NCBI RefSeq assembly: GCF_006345805.1
Contig: NC_043000.1
Location: 84,692,001-84,756,000, forward strand
Source: Octopus sinensis
Taxonomy: Eukaryota
DNA length: 64,000 nucleotides
Reading direction: 5' to 3'
In this document: piece by piece, positions 39,234-53,729 of the stretch
Numbering within the stretch: the first letter of the stretch is position 1
How the letters are laid out: each line of letters begins with the position of its first letter
Made by a program: the position numbers and the translations under genes
Notes under the pieces: generated by a model
Told to the model about the DNA's origin: nothing
What the model saw: the letters and a program-made list of their open reading frames with translations, nothing else
The model's database searches: none

Positions 39234-39240
<7 letters not shown>
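39007..39240 (+). mobile_element. SINE family B with internal deletion
   Basis: Matches the head and 3' end of 60930-61405. Confidence 0.75.
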
Positions 39241-39297
<57 letters not shown>

Positions 39298-39537
39298 GCA
39301 TATGCATGTATGTATGTATTCTGTTGTGTCTGGGGAGAGTCATTTTCTTTTTGTGCCTTATAATGTAACACACTCACCGGTAAAATTTCAACTTTTTTCT
39401 TATTATTTTCCTAAAATTTTCATGAGTGTATACATTATAAGGCACAAAAAGAAAATGACTCTCCCCAGACACAACAGAATATGCTTCAACACACGAACTC
39501 ATATAAGAATCTTGCAACCAAATCCAAACCGAAATAT

Positions 39538-39589
<52 letters not shown>

Positions 39590-39815
39590 ATATATATATA
39601 ATATATATATATTGGTAAAAACGGTAAGATAACAAAGAAAGAAAGAGACCTCAATATTATGTAAATAGAGGAAATTTATCTGTAAATATAATATATGACA
39701 ATTATTCAATTATTCGGTAGCCAAGATAAACTTGAGTTTCGGATTCCGAGGTGGAAATCCACACACCAACATTCGGTTATCTGGCCATCTCTCCCTCTAT
39801 ACATATTTATGTATG

Positions 39816-39865
<50 letters not shown>

Positions 39866-40970
39866 GTGTGTGTGTGTGTGGTGTGTGTGTGTGCGTGTGT
39901 GTGTGTGTATACACACACACATATATATATATATATCTATATATATATATATATATACGCATATAAATGTATGTATATACTCATACATATGTATATCTAC
40001 AAGTACGTCTGTATATACATATGCAAATAGTACATATACGCAGACACCGATGTGTGTGTGTGTGCGCGCGCATTTGTGCGTACACGTGGTGTGTGTGTGT
40101 GTGCACGTGTGTGCGTGCATGCGTGTGTATTACGAAAGGCCAAGTCCATTTGTATGTTGCCATCAGAAGTAGACAGAAGAGCAAACCGACATCCGGATAT
40201 AAGGTGGAAGGTTGAAAGACTTAAATAGGGAAGGAAAGGGAAATATAGAGTTCTATAGTTTTTATCGGTGCGATTACATTATTGAAACTGTGTCTGCGCG
40301 CATTCTTTCCTGTTGTCCCTGACCCCGTGGTAGGGTTCGTGGCTTAGAATATCATGCAACACCAGCAAAAAGGGTAAAAGTGTTGTTGAGAAAGACAAAT
40401 GTTGAAAGAATTGATGAGAGAAGAGAGACATAACAAGGTTGTATTTTGTAATGTCACTCAATACAGAGATGAAATATTAGTAACAGGAAGGAAGTGATGT
40501 AGATGGTGGCGAGGTGGTTGAGGGGGGTGGGAAGGGAAAGGAGTGGGAAAATGAGGGAGAAAAAAGGGGTGAGGTAAAAGAAAAGAGTGTCAGCGATTGT
40601 ATAGGATCAATAAAATATATAGTAAAAATGGTGCTTCAGATAATGATCTTAATGAAGGAGAATAAAAGTAGAGGGGGAGGTTGTATTGGTATCAGAAGAA
40701 GAGGAAGTAACCATTTTATGGTGGTGGTGGTAGTGGTGGTGGTGGTAGTGGTGGTGGTGGTGGTGGTGCTGGTGGTTGCGACGGTGGTTGCCGGGTGGGG
40801 CTGAAATTTCTTTTACGTCTGCTATTATCGTTGCCGTTGCGTGATACTCTGTGGACTCTCCTTTGTCTTTGAGATCGTATCATGTGCGTGTCTGCGTTCT
40901 TGAGCGTATGTGAATGTGTGTAAGTGTGTATATGCGTGTACCAGAGTTTGTATATGTGCGTGTGTATGTA

Positions 40971-41017
<47 letters not shown>

Positions 41018-41769
41018 CAGAAACTGTCTGTATGTGTGTGTGTGTGTGTGTGTGCAAGTTCGAAGGTTTATAACTTGAGTTCCACCAAACCGATTCGATT
41101 GAAATTTCAGACATGCATTTGGTATGTTCCGAGGTATGTTTTAATCATAACAACTGCTCTGATCAATGTTCGGTTTTCGCAAAATATCGATCGATAATTA
41201 TCGAATTTTTCAAAAATCGTCCGATTTTGATCAAACGTGACATACCTATTCATTCTTACCCAAGGTTTTTCGTTTCGTTATTACTTTTTTTTAAATTCCG
41301 TTTCGTTTGAGCACAGCACAGGAAAAACCGACTCAAAAAATACCTTTAAGGCAGGCCATTGAGCCGATTTAAACCAAACTCGGTAAACGAATACATTTTC
41401 AGCCAACGAGTCTTATGCCATGGTTCATTTCATTAAACTGCGCTTTGTTTCAGCACAATTCGACAAACTCCCATTCGAACAAAATGCCTTTGTTGAGGTC
41501 GCTCCTCATTTGTTCTTCCCAGAACAATGACCCTATTCCTTCTTCGATGCATAAACAGTTAATCTCCACCACGGTGTGTACAAACGTTGTGACCCCACGT
41601 GACCTCAAAATAGCCACTGCCAATAACAGTAAACAGCCGGCACTGAGGCTATCCATTACAATAAATGAAAGCGATTTCTATGTGTAGCATGAGATAGTTA
41701 AAGCAATAACAGCCTCTGCACTGCACAAGTACTTACTACTTTCTTCATCCATTTCACTAGCAATAAATT

Positions 41770-42802
41770 ACCATGAAACTGCGGAAACATGAGGCCTTAC
41801 ACTTGAGAAAAGACGGTTTGGGCCGTGACATTGTTAAAGCAATAACCTTGGTAAGCTCTGGAATCAAATCAATACCCAAGCTACCTTTCAAAAAATTATA
41901 TTTTTGCGCTGTTTACGGTTTCCGTGTACAAGTGCTTTCGGCAGCAGAGCAGCATAATATTCCACGTCAATTGTGGTGTCCTTTGCCAGAAAGGCCATCA
42001 TCATCACAACTCCTCTCTGGTTCCAAGAGACTGTGAGCATCACCTTCCTTGCTGAGAATTTGAAACGAGCATTCTTTAGCAGTGGTGAGTTATCATGTTT
42101 CCGTTGCCTCGAGTGAACTTTAGACTCAGGATCATAGTGATGGACCTATGTTTCATCCTGTATGATAAGTCTGCCGAAAATATCCTCCTCGTTTTCTTGG
42201 CACATTGCCAAAAGAGTTTGGGAGCAATTGACTCGTTCCTACTTCTGAAAAGGTGTGAGCATCCGGAGAATTCATCGTGCAGACAACTTCCGTATGTGAA
42301 AATGGTCGTGAATGATCTTTTACACGGAGCCTACACTTATCTTCACATTTTGAGCTAGTTTCCGAATAGTTACACGGTGATCCTCCAAATGGCCATTTCC
42401 ACTTTACGGACGGTGCCGTCATCAATTGCGGAATGTGGTCGTCCAGAAATAGGAGCCGTTTCCATCGATGTCCGACTACATTTGAACTGGCGATGCCAGT
42501 GCTTGACGACGCCATATGATGATGTATCGTCACCATAAGCTTCTTTCATCTCATCGAAAGTCTCTTTTGGTGTACGACTTTTCAAGTATGAGAACCTGAT
42601 GACTGACCGTTGATCTACATTCAACTGCCTCCATTATAACACCTTAGTCCACTCGGCAGCCGTAAAAGACAAAGAATACTAGTGGAAAGCTACAATTTAC
42701 AATGTGACATGCAGAGACTTGTATGATTATACCTCTACCAGTTCCGGATTCTGCAATAACCGGAAGTGGATCAGAGGAAATCTTTAATGAATTCTCCTTG
42801 TA
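41770..42802 (-). mobile_element. Mariner transposon remnant (5' TIR, HTH, first catalytic Asp)
   Basis: RSVIRFSYLKSRTPKETFDEMKEAYGDD..VKHWHRQFK..SGRP and RLIIQDET*VHHYDPESK..SARKVMLTVSW. Original ATG at about 42634. TA plus CAAGGAGAATTC terminus at about 42800. Confidence 0.9.
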
Positions 42803-43017
42803 TGTATATATGTATGTGTATGTATGTATATATATATACTCACACACACGCACACGCGCGCGCGCGCACAAATACACACACATATATACACACACACACA
42901 TACATACATACATACATACATACATACATACATACATACATACATACATACATACATACATACATACATGCATACATACATACATACATATATGCATACA
43001 TATATATATGTGTGTGT

Positions 43018-43034
<17 letters not shown>

Positions 43035-43054
<20 letters not shown>

Positions 43055-43215
43055 TCAGGCTTCTTTCAGATTTCGTCCATCGAATCCACTGAAAGGGCTT
43101 TGATCCTTCCGGAGCTATAGCAGAAGACACTTGCCCAAGGTACCGCACCGTATGACTGACCCCAAGACCACATGATTGCGAAGCAAGCTTCTTAATCACC
43201 CAAACACACCTACGC
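43035..43215 (-). mobile_element. SINE family B 5' half
   Basis: Reverse complement of GTGGTAAGAAGCTTGCTT..CCTTGGGCAAGTGTCTTCT..GAAAGAAGCC. Confidence 0.8.
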
Positions 43216-45191
43216 CTATATGCCACGCCCGCAACTACTTAAAGTATTTTGGCAAAAATTTTGTTCAGAGAATTTCAAAGGCGTTTTCCTGAAAAATAGG
43301 GAGGAAATGCGAATTTATTAATGCAATAATCAGTATGGTTTTGTTATAGCTTTTGTAATCTAAGTAATGCAATTAGTAAAAGTGTTATTATTGTACTTTT
43401 ATCACAACGCTTTGTTTTCAAATGATGATCAGGTGCGCGTAGTGTTTAATACATATTTTGCACTGTATAAAGTAATCTGAACAGATAAGACTTTCCTCAG
43501 TAACCATGGAGGTCATCAAGAGCATTAGAAGAAATTTTAAACTGCGTGTTGATATTTTATAATAAGAAAAGGTGAAACTGTACACTAATACGTTGTGAAT
43601 ATTTTCATTTTATTGCAAAGGTTGTGATTTTGCAGATTGAAGCTGAAGCTATTTTCTGCGGTTGAGAGAGACACTAGCCAGAGTCTACCAAGATTAAGCT
43701 GGTCATAGTAAAGAATATCATAAAAGCAGCTGTCTTATACAACAGGGTCAGATCAATATATATATTTGTAAACATAATATTATTAACAACCATTTGAAGT
43801 TCGTTCTGTAATTCGTTTGTATATTTCTCTCTTTGAAACGCAATGTTCGACATGTTACAGAAAGAAGCATTGCTGAGGCGCCTAACATCCCAACGAGATT
43901 TGTATTTATTTTAGTAATGAAAGGAAGACTACAGGATATCTAAAACAGTTGGATATCCTCAATTATGATAATGGACTTAAATCACCATTAAATTATGTCT
44001 GCAACCAACCAGGCACTCGAACATTTAATCCATAGTCCTATATGTTCTATGGATGAAATATTTACAATAATTCCAAGACTGTTCCACCAATTATACATTA
44101 TCCGAGTCTTTCCTGTGCCATCTACCGTAAAATATGTGTATACTTTTCTGTCTGTACAATCATAATCAATCTGTGAAAGACTCCTTCGGGTAAACTTTGA
44201 TAAATGTGGTCATCAGAGTTTCCCTTCTGGTCACAGCATTTTGATGATCGATTTTGAACATTTAATATTCAATGATATTTCTGTTTCTTCTATCTGAGTC
44301 GTAGTACACAGAGAAAGGTTCAAATCTTAGGACAGACCAACACTACAAACAGGAGAGATGATTGATGATACAATTTCGTGAAACGTTGGACAAGCTTTCC
44401 CACCTACATATGAAGTGGTATGGATAAATAAGTCATGAGTGCCGATTACATAAATGTTATTCCATAAGACTTAAGTAATCAGCACATATGACATCCAGCC
44501 ACAAGCTCTTCCTTCAATATGTTTGAGAAAGATTTCTACTCTGTTTCCAACCTAATTAGGAAATACCCACAAGAGAGTTGGTTCTTTGTTTTCAATGTGC
44601 ATGACCACTCACCAATCTGAAAAGCTGTTGGAAATATTAGAAAGAATAACACACTTTTATCACCTGGAGGAATGTGAAATAAAATGTCTTCCTCAAGGAC
44701 ACAACATGCCGCGAGAAATCGAATTCACGACCTTACGGTCGCGAGCCGAATAACTCTAATTACTAAGCCACGTCCCTATTTATACCCACACACATACACA
44801 CATACACAAGCACACATTAATAAACTATTAGATGAATGGATTTGCGTCTTCTTTGACGAGCTACAATTCAGTCCTTTTTTCCCATCAAGTTAACTTCTTA
44901 CACATAGAATTATCATGTAAGTGGTATTTTACAAGTAACCTTATATATCTTTACCTATTAATGTCACGAGCAGGCTGTTCTATTGTTCGAATCCACTGGA
45001 ACCCTCGTCGTCGTAGTCGACGGAGTGCCTGTTTTATATATATTGCTCCAAATATTTACCGGTTCGCTCTCAGGTATTCAAAATAGGTTGAAACATATGT
45101 AGGGCTATATAAGGCAGTATATGTATGAAAAAGAATTATACGTAATGCTATGCAACTTCGTAATAATCCTCATTATTATTATTATTGATAA

Positions 45192-45385
45192 GGCGGTGAG
45201 CTGGACGAAATGCTTAGCAGTATTTCGCCCGTCGCTACGTTCTGAGTTCAAATTCCGCAGAAGTCGACATTGCCTCTCAACCTTTCGGAGTTGATAAATT
45301 AAGCACCCGTAAAACACTGAGGTCGATGTAATCGACTACTCCCCTCCCACAAAATTTCAGACCTTGTACCTTTAGTAGAAAGGAT
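45192..45385 (+). mobile_element. SINE family A
   Basis: Head, B box and body; (ATT) tail. Confidence 0.85.
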
Positions 45386-45392
45386 TATTATT

Positions 45393-45451
<59 letters not shown>

Positions 45452-45765
45452 CAGCGGGAAACTTAGAAAAATGTCTAAGCCTCATCACGTAAGCATCCTC
45501 GGCCAATGAAACTGCATTCTAAACAGATACTGATTTTGAGCTATATTTTCTCTATAAAATTTTCGATCTCCAGTCAGAAACAATACAGTTGCAGTTGTGA
45601 TATAGTCCCACGTCGTTCTATCTCACTTAACTTTTCAAAACCAGAAAAATATGTGAAACCTGTTACGCCTTTAAAAATAGACCATCTACAAGGCTCTCAG
45701 TGCATTTTCAACTCTTTTTCCTATATTTGTACCTGTGTGAAATCAATTAAGTATGTGTTGTGTTG

Positions 45766-45807
<42 letters not shown>

Positions 45808-45955
45808 TGATTGACTGATTGATTTGTTCATTCATTCATAGGTAGTTTGGTTGGTTGGTTGGTTGGTTGGTTGGCTGGTTGGTTTACATAGATGTCGTCT
45901 TTCATATGTAATACGTTCTCCATATTTTTGTGTTAATACTTATTGGTCTTCCTCC

Positions 45956-46160
45956 GGCGGTGAGCTGGCAGATTCGTTACGGCATCAAGCAAAAATGCTT
46001 AGCGGCAATTTTTTCCGACAATGCGTTCTGAGTTCAAATTTCGCCGTAATCGACTTTGCCTTTCATCGTTTCGGGGTCGGTAAAATAAGTATCAGTTGAA
46101 CACAGGGGTTGATGTAATCGACTATCCTCACGCCCGAAATTGCTGGCCTTGTGCTAAAAT
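45956..46160 (+). mobile_element. SINE family A
   Basis: Head, B box and body. Confidence 0.85.
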
Positions 46161-46989
46161 TTTAAATAAAAAATTAATAGTATTCTTATGTTGTGACATG
46201 ACTGTCAAATAAATAATTAAATCATGTGCTAAAAATGTCATTTTCTCCACATTGGTATCAGTTAAATATTGGTATCTATCAAAATATTTGCATTATTTTT
46301 AGGAGTTCCGAATTTTTTTATAGTTAATAGAATTAGTCTTTCAGACATCACTTACAAAATTCGATGCTATTAACTATAAAAAGTGGAAACTAAGTGCCAT
46401 AAACGATAGTTTGTACTTAAATATATACGGGAGTAACATTCATCCATGATTTTAAACATATTTTCTGAGTTGATTATAACCGTTTTTGGATAACATTTTT
46501 CAATATAACCATTAGTAAAGATGCGCCTTCATAGGTTTCTGTTTTGTTTTGTTAAGAGTCCAAGGATGCAGTAGTGCTACCATTCTGATACTTGGGAGTA
46601 TTTTTGTATTTCGTTTTCTCTATAGTAGTGCGGGAACTTATGCTGCAATACCACCGTGACTGATCTTAATAATGCCAAAACAGACGAAAAATAATAATAA
46701 TAATAATAATAACGGTCTTGTTGAAACCTGAGTAGCATTGGTTGTATAGGATGAAACTTTTTCCTAAGTATGTGGTAGGGAGACATGTTCAACATATTTT
46801 GGTTTTCCTTTATGAACAGTTATATACACATCGTTATAACAAGGACGCGGTTCAACAGAATGTATCTCTCTCGAAGGAAAGTTTCGATACTCTGCTATCC
46901 CTGCGTGACTGAATGTGTGTGTGAGAGAGAGGGGGAGAGAGAGAGAGAGTCTATCGGCAAAGTCCGAAAACAATTAGGAGAAATAATGA

Positions 46990-47168
46990 ATTTCAAATTT
47001 TGGCACAAGATCAGCAATTCCGGGATCGGGCTAAGTCGATTCTATCGACCCCGAAACGATGAAAGGTAAAGTCGATCTCAGTGGAATTTGAACACAGAAC
47101 TTAAAGACGGACGAAATGCGGCTAAGTATTTTGCCCGTCGTGCTAATGATTCTGGCAGCTCGCCGCCT
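46990..47168 (-). mobile_element. SINE family A
   Basis: Reverse complement ending CTCGCCGCC. Confidence 0.8.
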
Positions 47169-47734
47169 TAATTAGAAGAAAATAATAAAATATTGTTACA
47201 CATTCCTCACGAATATTTGTTTCTTTTTTATGTAGATAAACCTGGCCATTTCTTACCTTCTGTTTTAGAAATACATGCCAATATAATACAGCATTGCGAA
47301 AGAAAAATCTCGAAATTAGGCTTTAAAGTAGCTAAAATCGGTTAATAATATTGTCTGGATATAATGCAGCTGAAGACTGTAAATTAAGATCCATGCTTGA
47401 GCATCGTGTTGGAAATTCAAAGGAACTTAACGGCTTCGTAAATGTCACGCTTCCATTCATATGGAAAGCAAAGGAAAATAAAAACATTGATTAATGCTAC
47501 AGTTTTTGAAGATTGCCCTTCAATTCTTTTTGTACCTGAAATAATGAAAAATGTATTGTAAAAACAAAAACAAAAATAAATTCACTTCGTGTTCCACAAT
47601 CTCTATTACATTAATAATTGAATGTTAGATTAATCTGTCATCAACTACATCATTTTGGCATTTTTACAAGACGTTTTTCAACGTCTGACGCTTCCATACA
47701 CATTTAATTCATTCTTTATATATCAGATATAAGG

Positions 47735-47922
47735 CCTAAAATTTGGTAGGAGGGACTACTCGATCAGATAGATCCCAGTGCTCAACTGGTACTTATTTCA
47801 CCGACCCTGAAAGGATGAAAGGCAGAGTCGACCTCAGCAGAATTTGAATCAGAGCATAAAGTCGGAAGAAATGCTGCTAAGCATTTTGTACGGCGTGCTA
47901 ACAATTCTGCCTGCTCGCCGCC
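47735..47922 (-). mobile_element. SINE family A
   Basis: Reverse complement ending CTCGCCGCC. Confidence 0.8.
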
Positions 47923-50900
47923 TACAGTTTATTAATTAATATATGTTATTGATAAAGAAATGAAGCCTAAAATTAACAAAGTCTGGGGAAATCACTCAGT
48001 GCTTTGACAAAAAAAATAATGAATGGGACCTAGAACAAAATATTGCTGAGAAAAATACGAAAGACATCTGGGCAAACTCAAACTTCAGTTTATTTACAAT
48101 TTTGATGGATTTGAAGAAGCAGTAAAGATTGCTCGAAATAAAACTCAAGTAATTGTTGATATGTATTAATTAATTATACGTTGATATGTGTAAAAATAGT
48201 ACAAATAATGTCTTTTACTGACACAGTCAATATTTCATAAACTAAAATTTCATTGAAATGTTAGGACATTATAGAGAAGCAGAAGAATAATGAATCAGCA
48301 AAAACTTCACTTTCGATTTCAAGGTTTGGCGATGACTTTTTACACTTGCAAAGATTGAGATTTCAGGTCACAGTATTCAAATTCCGATTGGATTGTAGTA
48401 GAAATGTTGCAGCAAATCTAAGAAAATCTACGTTTACAGTTGTACAGCATTTAACTGAAAGATCGGGTCTAAAAGCAATGGACACTTGACGCAACAAGGG
48501 AAAAGTTTTATTTCTAGTGAATGAAATACAAACGACAACGTCACAAAGTCACATTAAATATTGGTTTCAGATTTAGACACAGAGAATTTTTTAAGTGAGA
48601 GGGTTAGTCAATACCATCGAGCCCAGAACTTGGCTGATACTTTATTTTATTGACACAAAATGGATGAAATGTAGTTAGGCTCGGCGGGTTTTGAATACTG
48701 AATGTAAAGAGCGGAACAAATGTTCTTTACAAAATGAGTGGCAAACTAACATCAGATGATATATAAACGAAAATCAAGTACCGTTCGATTGTTTATGATA
48801 TACTAGCTGGCCCCGTGCCGTCAAAAATGATGGCTACTTGCAGTATTTTATATATGAATATAGATGGTAAATCAAATTAATACACTTTTCAATGTTCACA
48901 TACATTCACATACTTCCCTTGTACTCGTACACACATACATGCATATACTCACACGGAGTTGAAACGCTGTCTGATTTTTCTTTTCAGCGTTGAACGTTCA
49001 CTTTCCCAACAGTTTGTCATCACCCCTTCCTTCCTTCCTTCCTTCCTTATTCATCTATTACCCCTTCCTTTCTCATTCATATGTTATGGTGGAGAAAAAC
49101 ACTAGAGTATTATCATAGTAGATATTTGTATGATATAATTCATTGTGTCGCCCAAAACATTTTTATTTAACACTTAAAGCATTATCTTACGTCAAACCAC
49201 TTCAGTGAACAGGTCAAGTGGTGTTTATTACATTATTTCTATTCGAATAAGCCACTTAACTGAGCGACCGGACAATATATGTATATGCGTGTAATATGTA
49301 TGTGTACATGTACACACATACATACACGCCTACACCTATACACACATACATATAACATGACATCGCTGTTACAAAAGATAGAAGACGAATCCCATGACAT
49401 TAAAATACTAATGGAGCAGAGCTTGAAAACCATATAAACGTTTGTGTTGTGGTGTTGCTCTTGGTTCATGGTGGGTTACTGATTTATCAAAATTTTCTGG
49501 AATTTCACCTGCGGTTTTGAAAAATTAAAATTATTTTGTTTAAAATGAATTTGGGATATATTCTATCTAGGTTATGTCAACTGATAACAGAAAAAAGGGC
49601 GTAACTTGTTAAGAGAAGTCTTTTGCTGAACTCGAACTCTTTAGCTCAATAACTGTTAGAAATTAACACCAGATTATTTTTACTGAATAAATTCTGCGAC
49701 ACATGTTTGATTTAAAGTATTAAATTATTAACAGTAATCAAGTTGTATGGAAAATAATTTATCTGGATTGCTACTATGGTTATTTATAGGGTTTTGATAA
49801 CTGCTGAAAGACTAAAGACTAATATTTCATCATGACTAATCATTGTAATAACAAGGATGATTTCTTTGAATTTCTTAAACTTATCGCTCAGATCCAGGCA
49901 ACATTCCAATATCTTAAAACAATCCAACGTTGAAACAAAAGACGAGTTTAATTCATTCATGGGGTGAATTTTTCTTAATCTTCTTAAATTGGTATCCAGT
50001 TGCTGTTTTTTTCGTCCCATAAGAACGTTTAACTATATTTCTTATGTAATAACTGAATAAATATACAGTTGAGTCATAAAGTTAGAAAAAAGATGTTATA
50101 ATACTGGTCAATTATTTTGAGTAGAAACAAGAGAATGATAACCATAATATTTTTGTATCTCCCAGCCAAGCACTGCAGATTCATAGTTGGAACGAAATCA
50201 TGAACATAGAAAGGAAATACTGATATCGGAAAGAATGTGTGAATAGCATGCTTAGTACAGTGTCTTAAGAGAAACTACAGAGACGTATGAGAAGAGGAGA
50301 AATAGATGCATCGAATAGGTTTCAGTGTAAATGCGTAAAAACCGCCAAAGTGGTAGAAAAGCCAGCGAAAGACTGAAAATCTGACTTGAAGGATGGTGAG
50401 ATATTATGTTCCAATGGTAAGAAATGTGAAATTAGTAAACTATTTTAGTGCTTTTTATTAATTCTAATGAGTTTGTGACGAATTCATTGAAGCATCCTCA
50501 TTGCTTCACTCCAAATTTATAATTAATTTCTTATGACTAGGTACAAGATCAATTTTTTACAGTTGGTATAATCTGTTTATTGTTATTACACTCTTCATTC
50601 CTCTTTCACTTTGTATATCATTAAAACAAGTCCCTGTAATATACTGGTATATAATGCTAGTATTTATTTTGTTCATTTTGAAGGATAAACAGCAAAGTAA
50701 ACCATCAAAAAGATTGAATTTTAATGCGGAGAAACGAAACTAAATACTGTATGATATTTAAACAGCTGCACAAACGTTTTTGCCAAAATATTGAATAATT
50801 TAAGCGATAACTCTGATCGTATCAGCGTATTAAGTCATTTTAAACTTCATTAAATATGTTTAATATCATTATTTTCATATTTGCAGTTCAAACGATATCT

Positions 50901-51744
50901 CTTGCTAGTTGCTAAATTACCTAAATATTTTGCAATTAAGAAAGAAATCACCAAATCATGGAATCCTAAAACGATTCAGTCAACGGGAAATATTTGTGTC
51001 ATGATACCCACATTCTAAAGACAACTTCGATATGAATACAGAACATTTTGGCAAAATTATGAATAGGCACCCACATGGAAGTGGGATTTGTACGAATTGT
51101 TTTTAATTATCTTTCATCATATTGCAACTAAATAAATGGTTGAGATATGGGATGCGGTAACAGTTAATTCCTTTAACGACTCGATGAGTTTTAATGAACT
51201 GGATAAAAGAAAGTAATATTCCGTGTGCAAACAGAGTTAAAAGTGTAATTACAATGTAGCTACCGAGAGAACACTGTCATTTATGTGCATGACATTCTCA
51301 CTGCTAAACAGTAGCGTATAGCTCATTGACGCAGGTGATATCGCGAAGAAAATTAAAGCTTTCAATAAATTCACAAAACATTGATACGTGATTGTTAAAT
51401 ATATATCGGTAACGGGTTTTCATGAGAGTTGCCTTTTGTGTGTGTTTATCAGCGTGTGCTAAATGGCTACATTTGACGATTTTTATGTCTCCTTTTATCA
51501 GGAACTGCTTGATGTATTGATGAACAGTCAACGGCGTTGAAGAGCATAAAGATTAAAGCTGTAGTTGAGAAAAGTTAGCTGACAGGGAAAACTGGAAGCC
51601 ATCTAAATATTGGGGAAGAGTTAGCGATATCATGATGATTCGTGTCTTTAGGATGTACATGGAGACTACGAAGCGGTGGGCGGCAGGAAGGTGCAAAGCA
51701 GGCGTTGGACTCCAACCGTAAACCAGAATACGTCGCCAAATCTT

Positions 51745-52281
51745 TTAACAGGACCTTTGGCTCAATTCAGACAGCTATATGAAGCTGCTGGAGACTGTGC
51801 TAAAACCTGGCTAGAGAGGGTTGCTAATGGAAGGTCATTTGTGTGGAAGCAGGATTCGGCTCCATGCAATACCTCCAGAAAGAGTCAGAAATGGTTGTCA
51901 GAGAATTTTCACGGCTTCACAAGCCTGCATTTCTAGCTACTTAATTTTCCCGATTGTTATCTCATGGATTACTCTGCGCGGGCGCGATTGAGAAACACCC
52001 CAACCGTTCTGCCTACATCACCAAGGCTGAGCTGCTGGTCAAGATTAAGGAGATATTTCCAAGATCTTCCCAAGGACACATTGAGAAACATATGCGCCAA
52101 GCTCCGGAGCTGTCTTGAGGCTGTGGTGGAATCTGGCAGTTAATTTGAGTAAACTGTTATATCCCAGCCATAATCAAGTTAATATTTTTTTGATTTTTTA
52201 AAATCACTTTTATTTTAGATGAGACATTGTGTTTTCTTTCCCTTTTATGCAAACTGTCAAATTTAGCCCGAACATCCAGTA
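51745..52281 (+). mobile_element. DD37D (maT-type) Tc1/mariner transposase C-terminal remnant with 3' end
   Basis: VWKQDSAPCNTSRKSQKWLSENF..F*LLNFPDCYLMDY. There are 37 residues between Asp 51853 and Asp 51967. Ends CAG-TA at 52277-52281. Confidence 0.85.
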
Positions 52282-52926
52282 TACGTAATTATGCATTTTA
52301 GCGTGTTAATTTTTCGTGTTTTCGTATAAAGCGTATTTATGATTGTTCTATCGCAATAATCGAATGCCACGGTTTATTTTACTTGAAAGCAATGATCAGA
52401 ATTCACTGCTCATTAAAAGATACCAGCTGGATAGAACAGGCCCGGTTAAATTCACATTACTTCAAAAACCAAATTCGCCCACACGTCTATCTTTGATTTT
52501 CTATATCACATTCTAAAAGAGTAATCAGAATTGAAACACTGCTCTGGTAAAAGTAATCTTAAAAATCCGGAGATTGCCATTGATTTAGTCCCCATACTTG
52601 ACTGAAGCAAACAATATTTTGTCAACAGGAGGAAATATTGCAAGACTAAAAGAAATTTCAAATAATGCTTTCAACTGACGCACAACTTTTCCAATATATC
52701 TGCAACTATGCTTTGGAAACCCTTTGGTATAAAATTCGCTCTTTCCCTTCATTACTCCAACAAGACCGATCAGTCAGCAATAATTATAAGATCAAACATT
52801 TGCTGCTTTACAATAGAAAAGTGGCGTACGTTATATAAACAAATGATATACAGGAATACAACGAGAAAACCCGCAGAGAAAATGTAGCATCTCCGTATAT
52901 ATCAACAACTATAACACATACACACA

Positions 52927-53107
<181 letters not shown>

Positions 53108-53140
53108 CACAGACAGATAGATAAATAGATAAATAAATAA

Positions 53141-53189
<49 letters not shown>

Positions 53190-53548
53190 CGGTACTACTA
53201 CTACTACTAACAGCCCTACATGCTGTCACTTTCACAAGCCGGACCACCACAGACATCCACTACCAACTAGAAAAAAATCAGAAGGAAATGAAATACAGCA
53301 TCATGTGATCTTTATAAGAAAAACGTGAACTTCCAGAAGTGACATAACGTAAGATTATTTTTATTTTATTTTATTCAAATTATATCCCATTTTATTTCAG
53401 CATGACTAGATCGTCTTAAAGCGATCGAAACAGATAGCTAGTTAGTTAATACAGTAAGTTCTTACTTCTTTTTATGATTAAACACTCTAAACATTCTTTT
53501 ACTTTCTCTCTATCTCTCTCTATATCTATATCTCTATCTCTATCTCTA

Positions 53549-53590
<42 letters not shown>

Positions 53591-53592
53591 TC

Positions 53593-53683
<91 letters not shown>

Positions 53684-53729
53684 CATATATATATATATAT
53701 GCATATGTGTGTGTGTGTATGTGTGTGTA

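Noticed and set aside
39700-39790. Minus-strand stem GGATTTCC/GGAATCC followed by GAAACTC
   Set aside because: The 5' core is absent; at most half a decayed hammerhead.
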